Source of the DNA: Balanoglossus misakiensis
Taxonomy: Eukaryota; Animalia; Hemichordata
Direction: 5' to 3'
Assembly (NCBI GenBank): GCA_040954595.2
Contig: CM082582.2
Location: forward strand, 9,477,483-9,541,482
DNA length: 64,000 nt
The translations under genes were made by a program, and so were the position numbers. Below are positions 1 to 13,212 of the stretch, in pieces. Position 1 is the first letter of the stretch. Each line of letters starts with the position of its first letter. Below the pieces are notes generated by a model that was given only the letters and a program-made list of their open reading frames with translations, made no database searches and was not told the DNA's origin.

Positions 1-357
1 TTCAAATGTCATAAAATTAATATAAAATCCTATTTCTGAATATAGAAATCATTTGATCAACACTGCGATTAATTTGATATATGCTATTCAGATCAAAGCC
101 GGTGCACACCATTATCATCTTAATTTCAACAAGACTGATACCTGACCCTCAAGGTCAATGTCGCTGAACAAATATTCCAACTCAGACATTTTTATTCATT
201 GAATTCTAAATTTGATGATATCATACTATCATGTTTCCATTATCATTTTTCCTATTTCGTCGGGAAGAGAAATCACGCACAGATTTTTTTCTTACTCGAT
301 CACAGTATTAAAACTACCATGTGTTCAATCTGCAGAAAGTTTCTGCTTGGTTTTGAA

Positions 358-363
358 ATCATC

Positions 364-453
<90 letters not shown>
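358..453. repeat. (ATC)n trinucleotide microsatellite, 32 units
   Basis: Read directly: ATC units from 358 to 453 with one ACC interruption at 376-378, and a degenerate CAT/CAC-rich tail to ~520. It explains the poly-I and poly-S ORFs 199..456 and 212..628. Confidence 0.97.
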
Positions 454-3355
454 TGACCGTTGCCATCATTACCACCATCACAGACCTCATCAGCTTCATC
501 ACTCTCCTAATCAACACCATCAGCCTTTTCTCCCTCTCTCTCTCTCTCCATTATACACTCAATCCATGGAAAGGTTGCTCCGTCATCTTTCATTTAACTC
601 ATCATTAATAATATATACATATTACTGATATGCCCCGGGAGCACATACATATACACACACGCACAAAACACAATCAGGCTGTTTTCATCTCTTTGTTCAC
701 CGCTAAACTGAACTAGACCATGCATGTATCAACTCTGACACAGCTGCAAATCGAATTTGACGAACGGAACTTGGAAGTGCTCCAGTTTTTTGCGGAAAAA
801 AAATGAAAACATGCTCTGATAAACGAATGAGATCTTGATCGAAAGCGAGGCCCCCCGAAAATGGACTTTTGAAGTTTGTGTTTTTTAACCTGTTGTGCTG
901 TGATTGTCTGGTTGAGCATTCCCTTCATTAGACACAAGTTCAATTGCTTCATTACACAAATGATAGATTCATTGAGAGATTCGATCACAGGCCCAGATTG
1001 GTTCATTGATATTAATTGCCACCTGCCACTCATTATATGATTGATCAGCTGTGTTAAATGACAATGCTGCTATATTCATTAGCTGACTGACTCATTGATC
1101 GGCATTGATGGGGATTGTATCTCGACAGGCATTTGATTTCTTGAATTCTTTCGTCTTGTCATTCTTTTGAAACATACAGCAAAGTGTGTCACGGCCACCA
1201 CCAATCACAAGACAGATTTAACAAACAAATTCCCCTTCACTCCAAAACTGAATGCAAAGTGCAAATTTATCTGCACTTCCAGGCATCAGCGGTGACAATA
1301 ATAGGCAACATTTACCAAAAACCACATCCATTCTGGCTGTCTCCCCTTGTGAATAGCGCAAAAATTAGCCCCATAAATTTCCAATACCTGGTGCAAACTT
1401 CTCAGAAGAATTCCCGTTATCCCGTAAATTTGTGAAGAAGAAAGAAAAAAATTGATGGATTCTGGTATGACTGGGTTTTGTTGAATTGCCAAACAATTCA
1501 GTTGTATCAAGATTACTGACAGGAGTGAAACATTAAAACATAAAATGGAAAAATATAACATCCACCAGGCACTGTAAAATTGATTTTTATTCAAAATCTC
1601 CTGCCGTATAAATCAAACTCCTTCATTCGTCAAACAAAACTCATTTCTACTTCCCTTTTATTCCAAACTTAAAGTGAAGTGAGGACTGAAGGTTTCTGGT
1701 GTGTGTTTTTTGATCTCATCACGGTGTAATAGGGTATTCTGAGCACAACAACATGGTTGTTGTATATTCCCAAAAATGACACACTTAAACTGAATAGTGG
1801 GGATGTTTAGGAGCAGGGAAAATTAATGATTACAAGATTACTCGGATTTGAGATGACAATAGTGCTATAAATTCTGTGTAAACACAGTCAGATATACTTT
1901 TGTTATAGGCAAGAATGACTTAATCAATATTTTTAACTCGAGACTCACAATCATTTATTTAGAATGCAATGGGAGGAAAAAAAACCTATTCTTCTGTGAA
2001 AATAGACTGTTTTAACAGATGTTTGTCTCGGTTAGGCTCTAGTGGAAAGCTGATGGAACGTTTTTGAAAGTGACAGGAATTTTCGCTCAGTAGGGTTCTT
2101 CAGCGGAAAGAATCTTACTTTGTACCCACAAACGACATTTGTATTCATAGCATCGTTACTTCACAGTATTGTAACATGTGACACTAGTACATAATCTGAC
2201 AGGTTTTCCCCCTCAAAATCGATCTTTTCTACTTTTTCACTTTTTCTTCAATGATTTTCTCAGTGGGCTTCATCAAAGATGAGAGAGTTCAAAGGTCAAA
2301 TACACTGTCCAATCAGATCAATTTATTATTTAAAAAAATAATTATTCATTAACAAAATCACTGATAACTCATTAATTAAAAAAATACAAAGAAAATCAGC
2401 TCAGGATATGTCCCTTGTTTCACCTGAACAGACAAAGAACATTTAACTATTCAGTACTGCTTCCATCCCAAATGTCTTTCATTCAGACGATTTTATCACA
2501 TCCCACATTTTAAAATTCTTGCCTAGTTCAATTTCAGTCAGACATTATCAAAAATACTTAAACGAAAGAAAGAAGGCAGATTTCAGAAGGCTTTTTCTCT
2601 AAAATAAGTGTCCTCATTTCTCCATGAACAGCGGATATATATTCCTAAACTTTTAAAAATCTGCAGAAATATGAAACCTATCATCAGTACCAAACGTTTC
2701 AAATTTCCCATTTTTTTTTACTCATACAGGTTTAATCTCATTTGAACGTATCACTACAACAGAGCAATCGAGGAAAAACTGCAACTTTCAAGGTTTCTCC
2801 TCTTCTGCGGAGAAAGCACTCTGTCTCTGATTGTCAAGGTGACGTGCGTACGACACGACACGCCACTGACAAGTTCAGTATGCCATGTTCAGTCACTGCG
2901 GTCATCACCTGTCTAGCGATATTTCAGAATTGCAGGATATCTCAAGAGAGAACTGTAATTTAATGTTGAACTGTTGTCCATTACTGAAACTCCTTCAGCA
3001 AGTCTGCTTTAGTTTATTCATTCCGTTTCTGATTGCTTATTTTTCTTCCACTTTAAGTTTTCAGTGAAAAAACATATTAATATGTAAATAATTCAGGATT
3101 ATCAGTTTCAAGGACTAGATTATCATCTGAAGTAGCTCTCTGTTTTGACAGGGAAAATATTGTATGAGTTGATGTGTAAATATTGCAAGGTATTAGTGAT
3201 ACACATGTATAACACTTGAAGCTGTCTTGGAATCATACAATATGTCTCTCCTTTGAAGTTTTGTCCCTGTCAACACTTCAAATAACTCGATCACGAAGGG
3301 GGAACGGCAGCCCTCATCACCCCCATAGAGTCATTCTAAAAGCGCTTTCTTTCAC

Positions 3356-3508
3356 CGTTTTCAAATTCTATCTCTGTAGATCTATAGCCTGTCAAGACAC
3401 TAGTCGCATCGAAGATGGATCGGGCAATTCCGGACAGTGGCACGAGTCTGTGGCCGGGCGACTCCGGGTGGCCATAATGGGGCAGCCTGTCCATGTTTGC
3501 TCGGTCGC
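3356..3508 (-). other. Candidate isolated internal exon (153 nt, phase 1-1), unverified
   Basis: GC-rich island in an AT-rich background. The minus strand has a pyrimidine-rich acceptor (ttccctcctccactgtgtctag|GCGACC), an open frame (DRANMDRLPHYGHPESPGHRLVPLSGIARSIFDATSVLTGYRSTEIEFEN) and a weak donor (AACG|gtgaaa). No domain recognised. Confidence 0.2.
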
Positions 3509-4453
3509 CTAGACACAGTGGAGGAGGGAACACCAAAGCAAACAGACTGAAGTGGCTTTTATGACCGGGCCACCATGATTTGACCAAACAGAGCTGACAG
3601 CCAACAGGCAGCTACCTGTATTACCTGTGCGTATAGGGATAAACAGATTGCAGTATAATTATCATTCTGAGAGCTTTTTATGACCAGACGCTAGGTAAAT
3701 ACACTATAGAGATGTCCTGAGTTGTCTTGGTCAAAGGGTAATCTCACTTTAGCCGCGCAAATGTCTATGCTAAGCACACAAGCTGATTTGCCTTGTCCTC
3801 TCTGTAGACAGAACTAATGCAGTTTTCTTTTAAAATTATCTTTCTTTAAGATCAAGCCATTTGGACTCTGATTTTATCCTAAATTGCCAATCCACTTTAT
3901 TCACTTGTTAATTTTGTTTCGATTTTATTTCTCTTTAAAAGTAGCCTTTCAGATTTTGGAAAATATTTGCACTAAATTAATTCAAGATAGACCAACTTTA
4001 GATACTATTCTACTTGCAGTATTTTTAGCAGGCCTGTTTTACTTCTAAACTCAACACAAAGATGTGCATTTTCTTTCTTTTATATCTTTTCCCTCTAAAC
4101 TTCGAAATATTTGCTGCATTGACTCAAAAGTCTTTCCTGATGATATCCCTTCTCTTATTTTATAAGAAACAATACATGTAGATGAAGATAAAAAAGCATT
4201 TGGGGGGCTTTTTTAGACAAAAAATAACGGTCTCTTTATAAAAGTACTATACACAAAAAGAAGTAACGAAGTCCAGCATTACGACTGAGTTTTCAATGCA
4301 CTAAACTATTTTTCAACGATTTTTTTCTCAGATTTTCAAGATAGAGCTATTTTATGATCTGCAGAAAAAGTGCAACTGTTCAGCAGTGCCGTAAATGACC
4401 GGGTGGAAAATTACAGATTAAAGATATTGTATAATCAATGTTTACAACTCCGC

Positions 4454-4467
4454 GCACCAGATGGCAC
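4454..4467 (+). promoter_or_regulatory. CTCF-like motif (forward)
   Basis: GCACCAGATGGCAC matches the CTCF core consensus CCASYAGRKGGCRS at 13 of 14 positions. Motif match only. Confidence 0.35.
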
Positions 4468-7400
4468 TTGGAAGGGAACGCTGGCAGAGAGATGCAAGAT
4501 TTACAACCCTTGGAATGTTAGTGTTACCACTACGTGAACGATCAACGCTCAGAAATGAAAAGTCTTTTTTTTTCTCTCCCCCCTCTCGTTCCTGCCTTCT
4601 CTGAAATTCCCCAATCCTTGTGAAAATTTAATCAAACTTTACGGCATCCAGAGAAAGGATTTTGACGGATTTATTTACAGGTTTGAGACTCTAAACTGGC
4701 GTGGCCATCTATGGAATTGTAAAAGACAGTTAACCCCCAATCCATTAATTTTGTATGCAATTTTAATGTTACCTCCAGTTAACGGTGATGAAAATTTCAA
4801 GGGTTGTAAGTTTTTGTGGGAGTTATTTCATGTTAACTGCTTCTGGAAAGCCACATATTGATTTTACACTTGTAATTAAGATTGCTGAAAATGATTATTT
4901 ATTTAAATGCACTTCTGGGAGTTTTTTTTTTTCTATAAAAAAAAAGCGAATCACAAGCTCTGCGAAAGTGAATCTGCGTGAATAAAGCTTGGCTCTTTCA
5001 TTATTGAGAAGTTGAGAATATCTTTGTGAGTCAACAGTAAGTGATTTGATAGAAAACGGGTGAAAATCCGCGTTTTATTTCCCCATTACAGGTGAGAATC
5101 AGAAAAAAAATATTTACGAACTTCTAGAAATCCTTCCGATTTGAAAGCTCAATGTGTCATAAGTTAGTACGACTCAGCTTCCATTGTGAACATAAATTCA
5201 AAGTCTAAATTGAGCTACGTTAAACTTCCCTGGTAGAAACATTTCCACGAAACTGATCTGCACATCATACTGGTGCTTCTCCACCCCCGTCAGACAAGTA
5301 CAATGGAATGCGCCACACCCAACCCAGACATCCAAACTGATTGGAAAGTTATGACAGAAGCGAAATAAACTGAATTAACAGCGACAATATGACAATGTGA
5401 CTGTAATTTTGAAATTTTTCCTTCTTAATCATACAAGCAAGGGTCACCCCCGCACAAACAAGTAATAAACATAAGTTTCTAATATTCCTGTTATGAGAAA
5501 CGTAAATGAAAAAAAAAAAATTTATTAGTGGATTTTGATCATGAGCGTCTAGTTAGGCCCCCTACTTGTGGTGTAATATTACCACATGACGTCCAGTACA
5601 CAAAGTTATTAATATCTGCTTTTCCAATATTCAGTGGTTATTAAAGGTTTTCATTAAGTATTTAATATAACAATATATAATGTGCAAACGTTAACTCTTG
5701 CCTAGCCCGATAAATCTTGGTCGCGTCGGCACCCGTAAAAAAAAAAAAGACGGAGTCGCAGTTCTTTGCCTCACATCTGTTCTATCACATACTTTCCCTT
5801 CGTAGAATTTTTTATTTGAGTGAGTGTTTGCGTGTTTCATAAATCATAGCTAACTCTGTTTGATCAAAAAATTTTACCTCTGAATTCAATGTTGACTGTG
5901 TCATGTCTGAGAAATAGAAACCACAGCACTGTCGGTTGTATGCAAGAGTTTCATCATGTGTAGACTTTTGTTTTTGAACATTACTAAAAAACTCTTTAGA
6001 CTTTTATCATTTTCATTGTCAAATTTATCGGTTAGAGCATGAACTGACAAGAAATTGAAAAATACAAGTTTTTCCCGCTCAAATGTAAGTATAAATCTGA
6101 AGAAAAAAATTGGAACCTTAATTTTGAGATACATTAGCATCAGAGTTCAGGGCATCCTCCCAAAAAACTGTTTAACTTGGTGTCATTTGTTTGGGAGCAA
6201 TCATTCTTGTTTTGCTTCTGTTTAACCGCAGACGAGCAACCCCACTTTGTCATTTTGATCTATTTTCTCATCAAGCTGTTGATTAAATCTGCCTCAATGC
6301 AACAAAACCCAATCTGGCAATTCCGTTAGATTTCAACACCAGCTGGAATGGGCCAGACAAATAAAAACAACACCAGCAGGGCTGGGGAAAAAAAGAATAA
6401 TCACGCGTGTCTTAGTTTATTCGGTTTCATTGCTACTCCAGTGGCTTACTGAAGTCACTCAGCGATAAGAGTGTATTTATCGAGTCATGGGGGTGAAAGG
6501 TCGATCAGGAACAACCTGTGAATACATGTGACAATTTGAAAAATGGTTGATAAAATGATACGGTCTTTCTAAATCATCGCAGCCTTGTGTAATAGGTTCG
6601 GATGTGTCGAAACTCTCACACGAAAGATGAAAAATGGCCGGCGCTGTCAGCCGCCGCGGTGAAAAATGATGTGCCGTAAGTGAAAATAATGATATTTGAC
6701 CAACCGGACTTGTCAAAGTGTTTCGTTCTTGAATTTTTGCCCGTAATGACAGTGGCTATCAGGCGAAGGGTAACTCAATCTATTTGTGGAGGCCAAGCAT
6801 ACACTATTAATGCTTAACTCAGGCTAATATGAGGGGTCTCCACTGAATGTGGATTGCCACATAGCTATACACACACAGAGTCACAGTTTAATTTCTGCGT
6901 TACGTTTCGTGTTACATTCCCCCGCATAGAAACTGGCCCTTTCATTTGACAGTGTAATTTCACAGCGAATTCTAAACCAATATTTGGATAAACTGTCAAC
7001 GTCAAATTTTCATGCGTAAAGCGAGAAAGTTTAGCAGATATGTCACGAGCTCATGGACCAATAAAGTGGAATATTTACTGAAGGAGAGAAACTTTGACAT
7101 CATTTAGTATTAAATCAATACCTATATCACTAATTAGAATTTTTTAATTCTAAACGTGAAAAAGAATCGTATTTCCCGAGAATTCCATCTTTCCGAGTCT
7201 GGTTTTTGCTTCAATTCCTTTACATCAGTGTTATTTTATCCTTCTCCAATTCCTATCCCTAATCCCAAGGGGCATGAGTTTCCCCGGGAAGATTCTACCC
7301 CCAGACACCTCATTCCATGCCTGATGCGATCCCTACACATACCCATTCCCTATAATCTCATCTAACACCCACATCCACCCTGAGTATACCCATCTCATCC

Positions 7401-10400
7401 CAAGGTACCCATGCATACTAATGACTTATCACGGCATGCAGAGTACATAACCAATGCACAGCCCAAAGAGGTCGTGCGAAAAGACATTAGACTAGGAGAC
7501 AATTATGTTCAATACCCATATTGTATAACGTAAAACTGGTTAATTGCAAATCAACAAGTTTATTCCCCCAATCACAGCATTTAAATAAGAACAGAGCACT
7601 GATACCAGGGACCATCTATTGTATGGGGTAATGTTCTCTAGCATTCTAATGTACATTGCAAACATTTGCATCACAACGACAACTGGTTATCTCTCAAGGA
7701 GGGACTGTGCATTCAGTGTCTATAAGTGTTGTACAATTCCACTGTCTCAGTCTAAGGTAGAAATTCCTTGCAAGTCCTTGCGATTTCCCCAGGGAGGGAG
7801 GAGGATGATGATACAAAAAGTAGCTGCTTCCCCCCCTCCTTTTCCCCCAACGAGAACGCACACAGCATTTGCTCCGACGAGCCTGTCATGGAAACAGACT
7901 TTGAGAAGTTCACTGGACAGTGTCAATATTGTCATATTAGTGATTTAACAAACGCACAGGTACATGTATGCATCAGGGCTACGATTTCATGCCGTGGTTT
8001 GATTGAGTGCAGTGGTGAAGTCGCCAGAGCAGCACTAATGCTGCCCATAAAACGTACATTCAAGTTCAAATCCAAAGTATTTGGTTTACCCTTTCATTAT
8101 AATCATACAACATTCTGAAAGATTCCATTTCCATGTCTCATTTTAAGCCAGCACTGTCAATCGTCGTCTAGGCACCAAGTTTGACATTTATTGAAATAAA
8201 AGCACAAAAAATGACAAGAATGAATCATTTGTCTTATTAATTATAATCAATAAAAAAAATTAAATCTAGGATGTCAATTTCATTTTTTAAATTCCTGAAT
8301 TTTTCAAAGGGTATAAACTAATTTTTTTCTGTACATTTCTAAATAAAGGTCCTTGCTTGTAGAAACATTTATGTGTGCATGTTTTTAATTTCATTATGAA
8401 AGAAATCCTTAAATTGATTTGCTAGTTTAAAGTCAAAATTCATTCACTTGTAACCGTGTTTTGATGAAAATATTAGACACTGATTGTGTAATTGAGCGAT
8501 TAATGTATTCATTTAATTCAAATTTGCAGTCAGAAAAAAAAAAATTAATTTTGCATTCGTTTTCTGGCGCATCAACCTTAAATTAATATGTCATTAAATA
8601 CACATTTTGCTGTTGAAGTTTGGGATAGCCATGTGAAGATGTGTGCTTTTCTTATTGCTTCCTTCCTGGAGTGTTTGCAGAGATCAAATTAAAGTTTCCC
8701 AAGAAAAACACTATTTACCAATGATCCCCTTCTGATCTATAATGCATATAGATAAAAATCTTGAATCTGTCAGATCGCTCATTTGCTAGTAGCACCCCCT
8801 CACTCACCCACTCCAAGCGGCAAATATTGAACGCTTTTCATCGTCAATATGATAAGTCAGTCACTTGGCGATCTGGAGTGATAGCGTTGTATAAACCCGA
8901 TATGTTATACATCAGTGAAGGGTCAAAACATACTTGAACCTTTCAAAATTGTTGAATGCAGAAAATAAATGACCCATCAAGAAAGAAAGTACTTATTGAA
9001 ACACAGCCATCAGCTTGTGAAATGTAGTAGCTATAGTGTCTCCTCTCAATTCGCATTGTCATTAAATTTTATACCTTTGTCATTTCGATATTTGGTAATA
9101 TTTCTCCTCAAAAGTGACAAATATGCATCTCTCCTGGCAACCACTTACGTCAAGTACTAAAACTACAGACAGGCGGCTCAAAAAGTTAGTGAAATACGAC
9201 ATTTTGTAGAGGTTATTTTGGCGGGAAAAAAACAATTCATTCTCATGTGTCGAAGCTGCAACTGACCAGTTCTGTCTTTCATATATGAAAGACTTACAGC
9301 TATGTAATTCCTATGCTACACTGACCCTACACGGTGCATTAGCGTGTGAAACCTATTTGAGCCAGGCCAACATTAGCCTCTCAATTAGTCCATGGCCGTG
9401 CGTAAAAAGCCCCGTATCGACAGTGAAATATTGTTCTGCATAAATGCAACTCCCTAAACTAATAAGCAGGACAATTTTTTGATGACATCAAAAGCTGCGG
9501 GGACAACAGGGTTTGCATTCAAATGACCCGACATAAAATCGATAGTGGTCAGAGACACTGATCTCAGCGCAGTCTAGCGATCGACTCAAGCCCAGGTTTA
9601 CTGTACGCTCTGCATGTTTTCAGAGCTAAAAGCTATGCACTCTGTGCAGAAAAGAAAAACATAATTAAAAATAAAAAAAACTGATATGATGGAGTAATTG
9701 AAATATTCACAAAAGCATAATGGTCTCCTGACATGGTTTTTGTGCCGGGGTTGAATGAGAGTTGTCGAAGCAACATATTAAAAGCTTGGCTTTATAATCA
9801 GTGCTGAGAACTCGATCTACCTGCCAACATCAATACAGCCTAGCTCATTTGTCCGCGAATCCAGTTACGGCTGGCAAAAAAAAAAGTTTCAAGCCTGATT
9901 ACCATTGTCAGGAGTCATCTTTGTTAATATTAAAACCCAAATATTTCCCTACCCTAAGTCTTTTCATTTTTGTCGCTCATCTGCAGCAAACGAGGTACCC
10001 GCCATTCTCCGAAAATTCTATTATCAATCCCTAAAATCAACAATCCGGGAGGATTGGAGATTCCGAAACCTGAATGGTCACTTCTTTCACTTTTTGTTCT
10101 CCTCGGCGGCGGGCAAATTACGGATAAATCATAATTACTGCGGAGGCTCATTTTTATTCACGTAAATCTGGCCCTGCCATTATTAAAATACTAAGTATAA
10201 TTCATGAGTTCATAGTGGGAGCCATCATCCATCAATGCGGCGTGGAAAATTTGTTTCTTTTCTGGGAATTCATAAGCTCTGGAATGGAGATCCGCATCTT
10301 TTATGTGGACGTTAGTGGATGGTGGGCTTTTTACGCTCATGTGGAAATCTCAGGTGATTGATTTGTGGAGGCTGCATGTGCGTTTGCCAAAACACGGCCC

Positions 10401-13169
10401 AAATTGCGGATGCTTTAGTATATATCAGGGGCCCAACTCTGGCTCTTAATGAAATACATATTTCAAATAATTCATACAGTTCCTCCGAGTATTGCAATCT
10501 GACCTTTCGGGTCACGGCGTTGAAAGACGGATGCCACTCAGGAGCATCGGAGTTCTGCCGAGCCAATTCCTCGGAGGACGCAAATGCCCGGACAAAATCC
10601 AATCGAGTCGGAATTAATATCGCCAGAGAAGGCAGCGACTTATGATGTATGTTTTAAGCGCGCACAACGGGAAATTGATGCATCTGACAAATTCTGTGAC
10701 TTGTAGGATGTATTAAGTTCACGCCATAACTCCAAGGTGGAGTTTGAGTCAGTATTGGCTGTGCCCGAGCCGTCGAACTGACTGAGAACTTGACTCTCCT
10801 CGCCCTAGAGTTGCAACTGCTCCCGCGAGGGAGAGAATTATGCTATTGTTGTGAAAATTATTGATTACAGCAGCGGCAATTCACTCAAAGTTGAAATCAA
10901 TATTAACTTCTTTGTAAATTATTAAATAACGCACACATGTCACCATGTCGGGGTGAAGTCTCCCGGGAGGGCTACATGCCTCCTCCCCGTTAGAGACCCG
11001 ACAGTGAACAGAACCACAATTGCATCTGCACCGGTGCAGGGTGCATTCCATTGCAGAAGAGGGGGTGGATGGGTGTGTTAATTGGCCCACAGTTGGGTCG
11101 AACACACCCCCCTCCTGGAAATTGGAGAGTGAATGATGTACGGATTAGCATTCATATTTAAAGCGTACTGTGGCCCTATTGAGTTAAAAACACAAAAGGC
11201 AAATGATTTATTGGCAGTTCACGGCACAAAATATAGACATTCAAATATTCAGTCAGATAGGCGATTGTCATCCCCAATAAAGCTAACCATATTTATGCTG
11301 GAATTGTAATCTCTGCTTTGTGCATCTCTGCGCTTTTAATGTCCGCCAAATGACTCACAAGCACGCACAGATTGCAGCGGTGCACAATTTTTGACTTGTT
11401 CGATACTATCCACCACCTGGAATTTTTTCCTCCAAAAAATAAACGGCAAACTATTAAAACCTGTAATAGGTAGCCCTAAAAGTTTTTAACCCTAACTCCA
11501 TCACTACTTGTACCCTTATGTTCTTGAAATTTTGACTGCAAGGGCCACTTAAGCCGAAACAAGTTTGGTGACTTTAGCCTGGAATAAGAAGTCACTGAGA
11601 ATATTAAAATCCCCACAAAACATTATTTTGTGCATTTATTTACAAACTGTAGCACTGGACTTATCATTCAAAATTTCACTCTAGTGAGACACATTTTTCT
11701 TTTTCTTATTTTACTGGGAGTGTAATTCTAGTATCCAAGTGGGAATCACACACACACATTTTGTATGTGATCAAACTTTAATAAAGGAACAAAAAGGGAT
11801 GAAATTCTATAACACATCATGACAGTCATCATTTCAGTTGGCAAGAAGCATCAGTGTTTACTTTTATAGTCTTTAACATGTTCAATGTAAATTTTTTTGC
11901 GATACGTGTCTATAAAATACCCTGCAGTTTGTTTTATAGGATCTAGTTACCTATTCTCTGTCGACTTTGCCTCTGATTTTTATTGAATGTCAAAAACCCT
12001 GACCCTTTTCTATCATTTCACGACCTGATTAGACTATTTTTTTCTTTGCAGTAAAGAAGTTGTTCCAATGATGACATGCATATCAACCTCAAACAAGCCT
12101 GTTGGGTGAACTTTTATTTTTCAAACTAGGCAAATTTCAACACATGTTTTGACTCTTTCACTCAAGAACTGCATCAAGACATCAAGAAAAAAGAAGCTGC
12201 TATAGGGTGTACTTGCCACACAAAATTACTGGTCGACATCTCATCAACATGTATTTGTATTTTTTTTCTGCACGCAAACAGTCGGTCGGTTCGGTCTCGC
12301 GAGTCACAATCTCACAAAGGCTTCTTCAGATCTCTCAGTAGATGAAAACGAAAGTCAGAGAAAGTGGGAATATCAAAGCCTGCAGCTTTAGAGTATGGAT
12401 GCCTCGGATGCGAGATAGCAAAATGTTTTATACTGTTTATGATTCCATTAGCTTAAATGGGAAATGTCTCGTTGTGAGTAAAGATACTTGTCTCTCCATC
12501 TCATTACGCTTTCGCGAATTTTTTTTATTCCGCCTGGACTTGTTTTTTTTTCCTTAAGCCAGGAGATAATACTTACATGGCTATTTGACCCCCACAATTG
12601 AATAAATTCATCAGCGATGGGTTGATTGATGTAAGAGAAGACACTACTGAGGTGCTCTGATTATATGCATCTGATTGCTCAGATGATGTCCATCATACAG
12701 ACTTCAATCAAAGAGCCAGAACCCTAATGTCGTCTGCCTGTTACATATTCTAGCTGAAAGAAAAAATCACTACATTTTCCAATTTTTGTTAATTTTCAGA
12801 TCGTCGGGCATTTATTTTGGATGGAAATGCCTCGCATCCCCTCATCAATCACAAAATGTCCAAAATGACGGCAGTCGCGAAATAAAAATCGGTTAAAAAT
12901 TGAAGATTTTTATCGGAACGACAATGAAATACATTGGTTATCCAGCTCAGCTAAATGACAGCAGCGCTGTCTCTAGTGCATTAAGACAAACGGCAGTAAT
13001 TTTCCAAAACCCCATCAGGAAAATTACAGATAAGAAGCACGAGTATCAAGTCCCGGTATTTTGCATGAAATAATCAATTCTCGGTACGTCCAATGTCAAG
13101 TCTACTGCATATACTGCTCCCATAAGGTTTACACCCCCGATGCCAAAGTTGCGAGTTTCCTCCAAATAC

Positions 13170-13212
13170 GTGTGTGTGTGTGTGTGTGTGTGTGGGAGGA
13201 GGGGGGGGGGGG
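13170..13212. repeat. (GT)12 microsatellite followed by a G-rich tract
   Basis: Read directly: GT repeat 13170-13193, then a G run at 13201-13212. Confidence 0.9.

Noticed and set aside
199-628. Poly-Ile and poly-Ser/His ORFs
   Set aside because: They are translations of the (ATC)n microsatellite, with no splice or codon evidence.
10312-11105. Moderately GC-rich ORFs on both strands
   Set aside because: No recognisable domain or consistent splice signals; more consistent with non-coding regulatory sequence.
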